Shown: in pieces, positions 1 to 8,660 of the stretch
Numbering within the stretch: the stretch's first letter is position 1
Layout of the letters: every line of letters begins with the position of its first letter
DNA from: Candidatus Latescibacterota bacterium
Lineage (GTDB): Bacteria; Latescibacterota; UBA2968; GCA-2709665
Direction of reading: 5' to 3'
Length of the DNA stretch: 64,000 nucleotides
NCBI GenBank assembly: GCA_963667175.2
Contig: CAXXXF010000005.1
Coordinates: forward strand, 22,431 to 86,430
The notes under the pieces: model-generated
Databases searched by the model: none
Seen by the model: only the letters and a program-made list of their open reading frames with translations
Told to the model about the DNA's origin: nothing
Program-made: the position numbers and the translations under genes

Positions 1-627
1 CATCGCCGGCACTTCCTGTTCATCAAACCGGCTGGCCCCGCGCGCGAAACGAATCCTTATTTCCTGGTATTCGATGCGTTCTCCTCAGACGCCCAACGTC
101 GAAGAGCATCCTTCCTGCTGCACTCCCCAACCCCGCTGCAGCGAGGCGGGACCGCCGTGTATTCCACCGAGGCGCCCGGTCTGTTGGTTGCCACGCCCGA
201 TGCACCGTCCGTTCGAGTTGGTACCGGCATGGCGCATCTCGGCGGAATTCCGAACCAGCGCCCCGCCCGGCGGCCCATCCGGTGGGCATCGCTCGACGTG
301 ATGACTTCCGGCGAAGGCCGGGTGAGCGACCTCGCGGTGGTCCTCTATCCCTTCCGACAGATGCCGCTGCCCAAAGTGGGGGTCCGCCGAGGGGAGAACG
401 GAGGGCCGGGCGGTACGGCGTACCTGCTCGTGGAGCACGGGGGCATCGTGGATCACATCGTCATTTCCGACGGATCCTACCGCACCTTCGGCGCGGACGA
501 CCTTGGCACGGATGCGATTTGCGCCGTCGTCAGGACGGGTTCCGACGGCAGTTACCGATCACACGCGGCCGTTTCGGGTACGAGGTTGACGTTTAACGAC
601 TGGCGCCTGGCCGTGACGTCGCCTTGA
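1..627 (+). CDS. C-terminal fragment of a probable heparinase II/III-like (polysaccharide lyase-type) protein, 5' end outside window
   Basis: Frame 1 is open from base 1 (HRRHFLFIKPAGPARETNPYFLVFDAF...) into the 157..627 ORF. The RxxLFIKP...YFLVFD pattern resembles the C-terminal beta-sandwich of heparinase II/III-like proteins. Confidence 0.45.
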   Translation, partial: HRRHFLFIKPAGPARETNPYFLVFDAFSSDAQRRRASFLLHSPTPLQRGGTAVYSTEAPGLLVATPDAPSVRVGTGMAHLGGIPNQRPARRPIRWASLDVMTSGEGRVSDLAVVLYPFRQMPLPKVGVRRGENGGPGGTAYLLVEHGGIVDHIVISDGSYRTFGADDLGTDAICAVVRTGSDGSYRSHAAVSGTRLTFNDWRLAVTSP

Positions 628-809
628 AAACGACGCGCAACGGGGCCAGAACGGGCATCTATTGTCTTCCGCGTGGAAGCGTCCCTTTGCGATTCCGGTG
701 TGAATCGACCTCTGCCAAGGGCGACAACGATGAATTCCATATCGCCGCATCTCTACTTTTGTGCAGGATTCACCCGGAATTCGATAAATTGGAAATTTGA
801 AATTTTCCC

Positions 810-837
810 TTGACAACTCAATATTTTGTATTATAAT
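810..837 (+). promoter_or_regulatory. sigma70-type promoter of nrdR-nrdJ
   Basis: TTGACA (810-815), 16-bp spacer, TATAAT (832-837), in an AT-rich stretch upstream of nrdR. Confidence 0.8.
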
Positions 838-862
838 AGCATCACCCCACAATATAGGGTCC
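816..862. promoter_or_regulatory. Tandem NrdR boxes
   Basis: actcaatattttgtat (816-831) and ccacaatatagggtcc (847-862) resemble the NrdR consensus acaCwAtATaTwGtgt. They start 31 bp apart, the typical NrdR box spacing. Confidence 0.75.
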
Positions 863-927
863 TTCAACCCCAAGGACCCTATATCTGTCCCTATCCCCAC
901 TCTCGGTGAAGTTTCGGGAGAATTCCC

Positions 928-1392
928 ATGAGGTGTCCCTACTGTGGAACAGTGGAGGACAAGGTCGTGGACTCCAGGTCCAGCAAGGAGGCAACGGCCA
1001 TACGCAGACGCAGGGAGTGTCTGAGTTGCGGCCGACGGTTTACAACCTACGAATCCATCGAAGACACGCCGCTAATGGTGGTCAAATCCGACGGTCGACG
1101 CGAACCTTTCAATAAAGAAAAGCTCTTTTCCAAGTTGCATCTCGCCTGCAACAAACGGCCCATCTCTATGGACCGGCTCGAAGAAATCGCAGACCGGATC
1201 GAAGCCGGGCTGAGCGGCACCGGTGAACGGGAGGTGGAGGCCAACGATATCGGCGAGCTGGTCATTAACGAACTCAAAGAGCTGGACCAGGTCGCCTATG
1301 TCCGTTTTGCATCGGTCTACAGACAGTTCGAAGACCTGAGCGACTTCGAAAGGGAACTCCGGCAACTCGCTTCCCCTCAAGCAGGCGACTGA
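928..1392 (+). CDS. nrdR: Transcriptional repressor NrdR
   Basis: MRCPYC...RRRRECLSCGRRFTTYE zinc ribbon, ATP cone, and the VAYVRFASVY motif. Confidence 0.98.
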   Translation: MRCPYCGTVEDKVVDSRSSKEATAIRRRRECLSCGRRFTTYESIEDTPLMVVKSDGRREPFNKEKLFSKLHLACNKRPISMDRLEEIADRIEAGLSGTGEREVEANDIGELVINELKELDQVAYVRFASVYRQFEDLSDFERELRQLASPQAGD

Positions 1393-1528
1393 ACCAGATT
1401 TCCTCCCCTTGCCCCACGTAACGCGGACGCGCCATTCCCCTTCAGATGCGTCTTCATCACTCGTTTTATTTGCCTGCGGCATCGAAATAACGGCCGGGAA
1501 GGAAAAATACGGCTGTAAACGTAGCGTA

Positions 1529-1743
1529 GGTCCAGTGTCCGGTCCCCCAAATGTGTTGCCACTCATCCGCCGATTCATCCCGCCTGCCTGCGCCAGGCAA
1601 CGCGCGGCAGGCAGGTCTCGCCGCGTCGCTTGCGCTACGCTTGCCGAAGTGGCCTTTCGACGTGCCTTCGTTCACTGACGTTGCCGACCGGGCGGCCCGG
1701 CGGCAGAAAAGGGGCGATCAGTTTCCGGGACAGGACACTGACC
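1529..1743. repeat. ~215-bp element bounded by imperfect inverted repeats with internal hairpins (structured leader RNA or MITE-like)
   Basis: ggtccagtgtccggtccc (1529-1546) pairs with gggacaggacactgacc (1727-1743) with one bulge and one mismatch. Internal hairpins lie at 1583-1615 and 1682-1705. Confidence 0.5.
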
Positions 1744-1807
1744 AGGCGGGTTTCTTTATTGTTTCGCCATTTCAAAACGATCCCAGATACTTGGAGGAAG
1801 TCCCCCT

Positions 1808-4800
1808 ATGAAGCTCGAACGCAGGCATACGATACCCGGCCAGGATCCATTGGACCAGGTCGATTATGTACAGAAAACATCCGTTATCACCAACCCCGAC
1901 GGGTCTGAAGTCTTTCGCATGGACCACGCGGAAGTTCCGGCTGGGTGGTCCCAGTTGGCAACGGATATCGTCGTATCCAAATATTTCAGAAAACGGGGCG
2001 TGCCGGAAACCGGACACGAAACTTCCGTCCGCCAGGTGATGCGCCGCGTGGCCCATACCATCCGCAGGGCCGGCGAGGACCAGGGAGGATACTTCGACTC
2101 AGCCGAAGACGCGGAGACCTTCGAGGCGGAACTTGCGTACCATCTCGTACATCAAAAGGGCGCTTTCAACTCGCCGGTCTGGTTCAACTGCGGACTGTAC
2201 CACGAATACGGCATTCAAGGCAGCGGCGGAAACTGGTACTGGGACAGCGACCGGGACTGTGTGTCGGAAACCGAAGATTCTTATTCGCATCCGCAGTGCT
2301 CCGCCTGCTACATACAGTCCGTCCAGGACGACACCATGGGCATTTTTGAATTGCTGAAGAGCGAAGTGCGCCTCTTCAAATACGGATCCGGAACCGGTAC
2401 TAATTTCTCGAAGATCCGCGGGAAAATGGAAAAGCTCTCCGGTGGCGGCGTTTCATCCGGCCTGATGTCCTTTCTGGAAGTCCTCGACAAAGGCGCCGGC
2501 GCCATCAAGTCAGGCGGGACGACGCGGCGAGCCGCCAAAATGGTCTGTCTGGACATGGATCACCCCGAAATTTCCGACTTTATCAACTGGAAAGTGAAAG
2601 AAGAGAAAAAGGTAGCCGCCCTTATGGCCGCCGGCTACAGTTCCGACTTCAACGGCGAGGCCTACCAGACCGTTTCCGGCCAGAACTCCAACAACTCCGT
2701 ACGCGTCACCGACGCATTTATGCAGGCCTGCAAAGACGACGGCGAATGGCACACCCGGCTGCGCACAACCGGCGAAGTCTACGAAACCCACAAAGCGCGC
2801 GATCTCATGCATCAGATCGGAGAGGCCGCCTGGGCCTGCGCCGATCCCGGCATGCAGTACGACAGCACCATCAACCACTGGCACACGTGCGCCAACACCG
2901 ACCGGATCTACGGGTCCAATCCGTGTTCGGAGTTCATGTTCCTCGACGACACGGCATGCAACCTGGCATCCATCAACCTCATGAAGTTCCTCAACAACGA
3001 CGGCACATTCGACGTCGACGGATTCCGATATGCCTGCAGGATCTTTTTCGTCGCCCAGGAAATTCTGGTTGATTTCGCGTCTTATCCCACCCGAGTGATC
3101 GCGCGGAACAGCCACGATTACCGACCCCTGGGTCTCGGCTACGCCAACCTGGGAACGCTTCTGATGGTACTTGGATTGCCCTACGACAGCGACGGGGCAC
3201 GGGCCATCTGCGCCGCCATCACTGCAATCATGTGTGGTCAGGCCTACGTGACCTCAGCCCGCATGGCGGCCGATAAGGGTCCGTTTCCGGGCTTCGAAAA
3301 GAACCGCGCTCCCATGCTGAACGTCATGAACATGCACCGGGACGCCGCTTACAATATCGATGCCCACGCCTGCCCCCGAGACCTGCTTCGCGCCGCCCGG
3401 GAAGACTGGGACCTGGCGGTAGAGCTGGGCGAAAAGTACGGCTATCGCAATGCGCAGGCCACGGTGATCGCGCCCACGGGCACCATCGGCCTTCTGATGG
3501 ATTGCGACACCACCGGTATCGAACCCGATTTCGCTCTGGTCAAATTCAAAAAGCTCGCCGGCGGCGGCTATTTCAAAATTGTCAACCACGCTGTGCCGAA
3601 GGCCCTGGAGCGACTCGGTTATTCGCCCGCACAAATCGCTGACGTTCTCAACTATCTCTGCGGCAGGCTCTCGCTGAAAGACGCGCCGCATGTCAACGTC
3701 GAATCGTTAATGGCGAAGGGCTTCGGCCCTGGAGATCTGAAAAAGGCGGAAGGCGCGCTGCCCGGTGTGCTTGAACTGGAATTCGCCTTCACACCCTGGA
3801 TTCTTGGAGAAGGCCTGATGAAACGTCTTGGCTTTTCTCCGGAACAGTACGGCACTCCCGGATTCAATCTGCTCGCTGAACTCGGATTCAACGAGACACA
3901 AATCAACGAAGCCAACGAATTCATCTGCGGCCGGATGACCGTTGAAGGCGCGCCTCACCTCAAGGACGAGCATCTGCCCATATTCGACTGCGCGAACAAG
4001 TGCGGCAAACATGGCAAACGCTTTATTGCCCCCATGGCCCACCTCGGTATGATGTCCGCCGCCCAGGAGTTTATTTGCGGCGCCATTTCCAAGACCGTAA
4101 ACGTCCCCGGCGAAACCACCGCCGGAGAGATTGAAGACCTTTACGTCAAGGGTTGGAATCTGGGGTTAAAGGCTGTTGCCATTTACCGGGACGGCTCCAA
4201 ACTCTCCCAGCCGTTGAGTACGGCTGCCAAATCCGACGCTGAAGAGGAAACCGACGAAGCGGAAGCGTCACGCGATGAGTCAGTGGCTGGCGCATCCGGA
4301 AAAACAACGCCAGCGCCTGTTCCGTTGGCGACGCGGCCCACAAGAAGACGCCTCCCTAAAAAACGGCATGGATTCACCCAGGAAGCGCGTGTGGCCAATC
4401 AAAAGGTCTTCTTGCGCACGGGTGAATACGAAGACGGGACACTCGGCGAAATCTTCATCGACATGAGCAAAGAGGGTGCGCCTTTCCGCGCCATGCTGGA
4501 CTGCTTCGCCATTGCCATTTCCAAAGGTCTGCAACACGGTGTGCCCCTCGAGGAGTTCGTGGACCGCCTCACTTTTACCCGTTTCGAACCCTGGGGAGCC
4601 GTCGATCACCCCAACATAAAATTCGCAACCTCCGTCATCGATTATATCTTCCGTGTCCTCGGCTATGAATACCTTGGTCGGACCGACTTTCTGCAAGTCA
4701 AACCGGAAGATATCGCTCCGGACATCAACGACCACCAGGATTTGGAATCCGAGGTGATTTCACTCTCTTCCCAGAGTTCCGTGTCGCCCGGCGAACCCGC

Positions 4801-5074
4801 CGAAACACAGAGCGCTTCCCCGCCCGCAGACCCCACGCCGAAAGCCAATCCGGCGTCCAACGGCGCCGGGAGTGTCGGTTCGCAACAACCGGCGAGGAAC
4901 GGGTCGTCGTCCCAGGCGGAAACGCATGCGCATCCTCAAACGATGGTCCTGGACGATCAACTCTCGCGGATGATGGGAGATGCGCCCTTTTGCGACACGT
5001 GCGGGCACATTACGGTCCGTAACGGTTCGTGCTATCGCTGTCTGAATTGCGGGAATTCGGTGGGCTGTTCGTAA
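1808..5074 (+). CDS. nrdJ: Vitamin B12-dependent (class II) ribonucleotide reductase with TSCPD domain and C-terminal zinc ribbon
   Basis: FNSPVWFN, CSACYI, SNPCSE, IAPTGTI and GAISKTVN motifs; C-terminal CDTCG...CLNCG; GGAGG RBS upstream. Confidence 0.97.
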   Translation: MKLERRHTIPGQDPLDQVDYVQKTSVITNPDGSEVFRMDHAEVPAGWSQLATDIVVSKYFRKRGVPETGHETSVRQVMRRVAHTIRRAGEDQGGYFDSAEDAETFEAELAYHLVHQKGAFNSPVWFNCGLYHEYGIQGSGGNWYWDSDRDCVSETEDSYSHPQCSACYIQSVQDDTMGIFELLKSEVRLFKYGSGTGTNFSKIRGKMEKLSGGGVSSGLMSFLEVLDKGAGAIKSGGTTRRAAKMVCLDMDHPEISDFINWKVKEEKKVAALMAAGYSSDFNGEAYQTVSGQNSNNSVRVTDAFMQACKDDGEWHTRLRTTGEVYETHKARDLMHQIGEAAWACADPGMQYDSTINHWHTCANTDRIYGSNPCSEFMFLDDTACNLASINLMKFLNNDGTFDVDGFRYACRIFFVAQEILVDFASYPTRVIARNSHDYRPLGLGYANLGTLLMVLGLPYDSDGARAICAAITAIMCGQAYVTSARMAADKGPFPGFEKNRAPMLNVMNMHRDAAYNIDAHACPRDLLRAAREDWDLAVELGEKYGYRNAQATVIAPTGTIGLLMDCDTTGIEPDFALVKFKKLAGGGYFKIVNHAVPKALERLGYSPAQIADVLNYLCGRLSLKDAPHVNVESLMAKGFGPGDLKKAEGALPGVLELEFAFTPWILGEGLMKRLGFSPEQYGTPGFNLLAELGFNETQINEANEFICGRMTVEGAPHLKDEHLPIFDCANKCGKHGKRFIAPMAHLGMMSAAQEFICGAISKTVNVPGETTAGEIEDLYVKGWNLGLKAVAIYRDGSKLSQPLSTAAKSDAEEETDEAEASRDESVAGASGKTTPAPVPLATRPTRRRLPKKRHGFTQEARVANQKVFLRTGEYEDGTLGEIFIDMSKEGAPFRAMLDCFAIAISKGLQHGVPLEEFVDRLTFTRFEPWGAVDHPNIKFATSVIDYIFRVLGYEYLGRTDFLQVKPEDIAPDINDHQDLESEVISLSSQSSVSPGEPAETQSASPPADPTPKANPASNGAGSVGSQQPARNGSSSQAETHAHPQTMVLDDQLSRMMGDAPFCDTCGHITVRNGSCYRCLNCGNSVGCS

Positions 5075-5092
5075 CACGAGTCAATTATAAGG

Positions 5093-5132
5093 AAGAAGGG
5101 CCGGACAGTTTTCCGTCCGGCCCTTCTTTTTT
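5093..5132 (+). terminator. Rho-independent terminator after nrdJ
   Basis: aagaagggccggac / gtccggcccttctt stem followed by a T-run. Confidence 0.85.
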
Positions 5133-5146
5133 CCGTCCTGAAACCC

Positions 5147-5746
5147 TCACTCACCGGTCGAGCGAGGCAAGAATGCCGCCGTACCCGCGTGGCAGGTCGC
5201 GCAGGCAACCGGCTTTCCGTCCGTAGTCATCAACGTCCCCTGGTAGTGGTCCATCATGTATTTGGCCATCAGCTTGTGCTTCGTCGGCTGCTCCGGAGCG
5301 AGACGCCCGTCTTCACGCCGGACGTGGCAGTATTCGCAGTTTACTCCGAGCGCCTTCTCAATGGCTTTCATCTTCCTGAAAATCTCCCGCCGGGGCATCC
5401 GCTCGGACAAATTGGAAGGCTTCGCGTTCTCGACGTCACGCGGCATAAACCTGCTCTTGCCCTGGTGGCAGGACATGCAATCCAGCGACTTCCCATCTGC
5501 GGTTTGCAGGCCGTCCACAAAGTGAACCTTCATATGGACGGCTGTCTCCTTGAACAGGGAATGCGCCTCGAAATCAGGTCTTCCATCCGGCCTCCGCGCG
5601 GTGTGACAGTGACTACACTGTACCCCGAGCGATCCGGCGATTCGCTCCATGTTCTCTTCGCTGGTGTCCAGCACGTGTTCCCGGTCGGCGTGGGCGAAAG
5701 CCGCCGAGATTCCCGTGACAACCGCAAGCAGGAACAATTTCGTCAT
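5147..5746 (-). CDS. Secreted tetraheme c-type cytochrome (reaction-centre cytochrome/PufC-like diheme repeats)
   Basis: Signal peptide MTKLFLLAVV...AHA; four CxxCH motifs (CSHCH, CMSCH, CEYCH, CATCH); MxxIxxxLGVxCxxCH pattern twice; GGGAGG RBS before ATG 5746. Confidence 0.85.
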   Translation of the reverse strand: MTKLFLLAVVTGISAAFAHADREHVLDTSEENMERIAGSLGVQCSHCHTARRPDGRPDFEAHSLFKETAVHMKVHFVDGLQTADGKSLDCMSCHQGKSRFMPRDVENAKPSNLSERMPRREIFRKMKAIEKALGVNCEYCHVRREDGRLAPEQPTKHKLMAKYMMDHYQGTLMTTDGKPVACATCHAGTAAFLPRSTGE

Positions 5747-5848
5747 GAACCCTCCCAGAGCGAAATACCCCGGTAACGACGGCACCAGCCGCGTTGCTCA
5801 GCCAGACCCGGCGCAGGCATGTGTACGTCCGGTGCGTTTCATCACGAC

Positions 5849-7210
5849 TCAGTTCACGCTGCCGGCAATGACGGACCGCCCGTCGACACCGGGAGGGACG
5901 TTCAGACCGACGGCGTCAAAAAGCGTCGGGAATACGTCGATCACGCGAATCCGTGGCATTAGATCCACCTTGCGATTGATAAAAAACATCGCGTCCGAGA
6001 AGGTATGGGCGCCGTTTACAGGACCGCGTTCCATCAGTTCGTCTTTGTCGAATCCACCCTTCAAATCATATCCGTCCACCGGCATCGCCACCAGATCCGG
6101 CGCCAGGCCACAGGCATCGCCGGTGTAGAGTTCCTCACGCCTGAAGATCCTCCGGATCACACGTTCACCCGTTGTCGGGTTGCGGAGTTCCATCAGCCCG
6201 TCGGCGACGTCCTGTCTCAACGACTCGTACTCCGCCCCGGGCGCTACGCATCCCCCGCGTTCTCGGCCGCGCAAAGAGAGATAAATGCGCCCGGGAAAAA
6301 GCGAGTAACATCGCGTGTCAGGTCCAAGGTCGCGCAGTCCACTTGCCGTTTTTCCGGGGTGACGGAGATAACCGGCCTGGCGCAACCAGTAATTCAGATG
6401 CACTTCATACTTCAATTTACAAAATCCATGGTCAGAGACAATCATCATCATCACGTCGTCGTCAAGGCGGTTCGCGACTTCACCGATGGCACGATCAACC
6501 CTGGCATAAAACCGGTTGAACCAGGGCAGATAGGCCTCGCTGCCGTCCTCAACAAGGCCCCACAGAAAATGGTGCAATCTGTCCGTTTCCAGAACATGCG
6601 CGACAAACAGGTCCCATGGCTCCTGGTCCAGAAACTCGAACATCGCGTCGAACCGCCGTTCCATAGCCTGGAAGACATCATCCAGAAATCTTTCCGTGTC
6701 ACGGCGGGCAAGCCACGCGTCGACGTCGATTCGGTACCCCATTGCGGACAGCCGGCCCGCCACCTCGGGGGGATAGGTTGCCCGGTTCAGATCCGGCGCC
6801 AGAAAACCTGAAATCTGAATGCCGTTCACCGGTTTTGGGGGGTAGGTCGTCGGCACGCCCATGGAAAAGACACGCCCGCCCATCCCGCTGAAAATTTCCG
6901 TCCAGGTCCGGGCTCGCATGGTTCCGGACGTCGGGATGTACATTTCATGGGTCTGCGGCACACGATCGATGAAGCCATAGATATTGTGCCTGCCCGGATT
7001 GCATCCGGTGACCAGCGACGCCCAGGCCACCGACGATACCGTAGGCAATACGGACTCCATAGCCGCCAGGGTTCCGCCCTGCAGCAGGTTCGCGAAATTC
7101 GGCATCAGGCCGTCGGAGACCAGCCGGTGGATCAGACTGCACGGCGTGCCATCCAGGCCGATAATCATCGCCCGCAAGGGCCCGATTCGAGGGTGGTCGG
7201 CCGAAATCAT
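5849..7210 (-). CDS. Alkaline phosphatase superfamily / type I phosphodiesterase-nucleotide pyrophosphatase
   Basis: IIGLDG, TVSSVAWASLVTG, DRLHH, VSDHGF motifs. The start was moved out of the tRNA-His overlap to ATG 7210. Confidence 0.88.
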   Translation of the reverse strand: MISADHPRIGPLRAMIIGLDGTPCSLIHRLVSDGLMPNFANLLQGGTLAAMESVLPTVSSVAWASLVTGCNPGRHNIYGFIDRVPQTHEMYIPTSGTMRARTWTEIFSGMGGRVFSMGVPTTYPPKPVNGIQISGFLAPDLNRATYPPEVAGRLSAMGYRIDVDAWLARRDTERFLDDVFQAMERRFDAMFEFLDQEPWDLFVAHVLETDRLHHFLWGLVEDGSEAYLPWFNRFYARVDRAIGEVANRLDDDVMMMIVSDHGFCKLKYEVHLNYWLRQAGYLRHPGKTASGLRDLGPDTRCYSLFPGRIYLSLRGRERGGCVAPGAEYESLRQDVADGLMELRNPTTGERVIRRIFRREELYTGDACGLAPDLVAMPVDGYDLKGGFDKDELMERGPVNGAHTFSDAMFFINRKVDLMPRIRVIDVFPTLFDAVGLNVPPGVDGRSVIAGSVN

Positions 7211-7284
7211 GGAAAATGGCGGACGTGAAAAAACCTCTGGTTCACAACCGACAGGGAACCAAAGGCGAGAGATAGCGAAAAAAG

Positions 7285-7362
7285 TGGGGTGAGTGAGGGG
7301 ACTTGAACCCCCGACCTCCTGGGCCACAACCAGGCGCTCTAACCATCTGAGCTACACCCACC
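7285..7362 (-). tRNA. tRNA-His(GTG)
   Basis: Minus-strand cloverleaf GGTGGGTGTAGCTCAG...TTGTGG...GGTTCAAG...CACTCACCCCA, with G-1, C73 and an encoded CCA. Confidence 0.95.
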
Positions 7363-7378
7363 ACGAACTGCCACAATA

Positions 7379-7452
7379 CACTCCCGGCAGGACTCGAACC
7401 TGCGACCTACTGCTTAGAAGGCAGTTGCTCTATCCAGCTGAGCTACGGGAGC
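7379..7452 (-). tRNA. tRNA-Arg(TCT)
   Basis: Minus-strand GCTCCCGTAGCTCAGCTGGATAGAGC...TTCTAA...GGTTCGAG...CGGGAGTG; CCA not encoded. Confidence 0.95.
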
Positions 7453-7496
7453 CACAAGTCCGGCACACGAAGCCGTCCGTTGAAAAGCGGTGGTTA

Positions 7497-7525
7497 AAGA
7501 TAGCCCAATCGCCCGGCGGTGTCAA
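7497..7525 (-). promoter_or_regulatory. sigma70-type promoter for the tRNA-Arg/tRNA-His pair
   Basis: Minus strand TTGACA, 17-bp spacer, TATCTT. Confidence 0.7.
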
Positions 7526-7603
7526 GCGAAAACAGCGCGACGGCGGGCTATGTAAAGATATGTAAATTTGGGCTCTATGTCGTATCGCGAATCAAAATCC
7601 GTC

Positions 7604-7632
7604 TTGCCATGCAGACCCATGTAAGGTATATT
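7604..7632 (+). promoter_or_regulatory. Putative promoter for the beta-barrel gene
   Basis: TTGCCA, 17-bp spacer, TATATT, about 60 nt before ATG 7695. Confidence 0.55.
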
Positions 7633-7694
7633 TCAACCCGTAAAACCCGGACGCCAGCCTCCCGTTCAAGAACCAGAGATCGAGGAAACCCGGT

Positions 7695-8660
7695 ATGCGT
7701 TTGTACTCAGCGTTCTGTCTGTTCATCATCACGCAAGGCATCACGGCCCCGGCCGCCAACGCACAAGGCGGCGTCAGCTGACGCCGCCCCGTGCTTCCGG
7801 GCGGAAGCCTGATGCAGAACAGCCTGGGCGTACAGGACCACCTGAAGCTCAGCGTTCACTACGACTACGAGTTCCTGTCCGACCCCCACTACGGGTCTCG
7901 CGCGATCCCGAACGTCAATCGCGAACGAACCGATAATGCCACGACCACCATCTTTGCCTCGTACGGTGTCACCGGACGCATCGGTCTCGCGCTCGCCGTC
8001 CCTTTTCGTTCCGTGACCAACGAAAAGGTGCTGCTGCGCGGCCAGAACCGCAATCAGTATGAAGGGGGGAAGTATGTCCGGCATGCTTCCGGGCTGGGCG
8101 ATATTGTGGTCATGTTAAATTACGCCGCCCCTCAAATCGCGGGCTTTCCCGGTATGAACGTCGGCGTTGGATTGAAGCTGGCAAACGGATCCGTCAATGC
8201 AATAGACCAATACGGCGAACGTTTCTCCGACAATCTTCAGATCGGATCGGGAAGCGTGGATCCGATTCTCGCGTTCAGTGTGTATCATGGACTCGAGGAC
8301 CTCACGGTCTCCGGGAGCGTCTTCACCCGCATCACCACACGGCAGAACATTTACGGCTACAAATACGGAAACGAACTGCACGCAAGCCTGTCTCTGGAAT
8401 ACGCCGGCGGCGGCCGGTTCTTCGGCGGTTTGAGTCTGAAGAATCTGGTCACGTCAAGGGACCGATACCAGTTCGGCAAGATTACAAGGGAACGCGGCGG
8501 GAGGTGGACGTATCTTTCGCCGGAACTGGGGATCCATGTCCTGGACAATCTGAGCGTTGAATTTCACTTGCCCATCGTCTTATTTCAAAACGTGAACGAA
8601 AGCCAGTTGACGTCCGACTATCTGATTGAACTGAGCACGTCCTATGTCTTCTCGCTCTAG
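7695..8660 (+). CDS. Outer-membrane beta-barrel ('transporter'/MetA-pathway-like), probable selenoprotein via in-frame TGA at 7779-7781
   Basis: GAGG RBS and ATG 7695 give signal peptide MRLYSAFCLFIITQGITAPAANA|QGGVS*RRPVLPGGSLMQ, in frame with ORF 7791..8660. The body has SGLGDI and GSGSVD motifs, amphipathic beta strands and a C-terminal YVFSL. A SECIS-like hairpin lies at 7793-7808. Confidence 0.65.
7793..7808 (+). promoter_or_regulatory. Candidate bacterial SECIS hairpin
   Basis: gcttcc-gggc-ggaagc begins 11 nt after the in-frame TGA, and its apical loop starts with G. Confidence 0.5.

Noticed and set aside
1480-1570. Canonical cobalamin riboswitch upstream of nrdJ
   Set aside because: GGGAA and GCCACT fragments occur, but not in the order or spacing of a B12 element. 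Not supportable without a covariance model.
1808-5074. Intein or split in nrdJ (long central insert and low-complexity linkers)
   Set aside because: No intein N-terminal C/S block, HN-C junction or LAGLIDADG motif. The insert and linkers look like normal long-form NrdJ.
7211-7327. N-terminal extension of the phosphodiesterase ORF to 7327
   Set aside because: It runs into tRNA-His. The real start is likely 7210 or slightly downstream.
7285-7452. tRNA pair as an integration site for a genomic island
   Set aside because: No integrase, no duplicated tRNA 3' end and no evident composition shift nearby.
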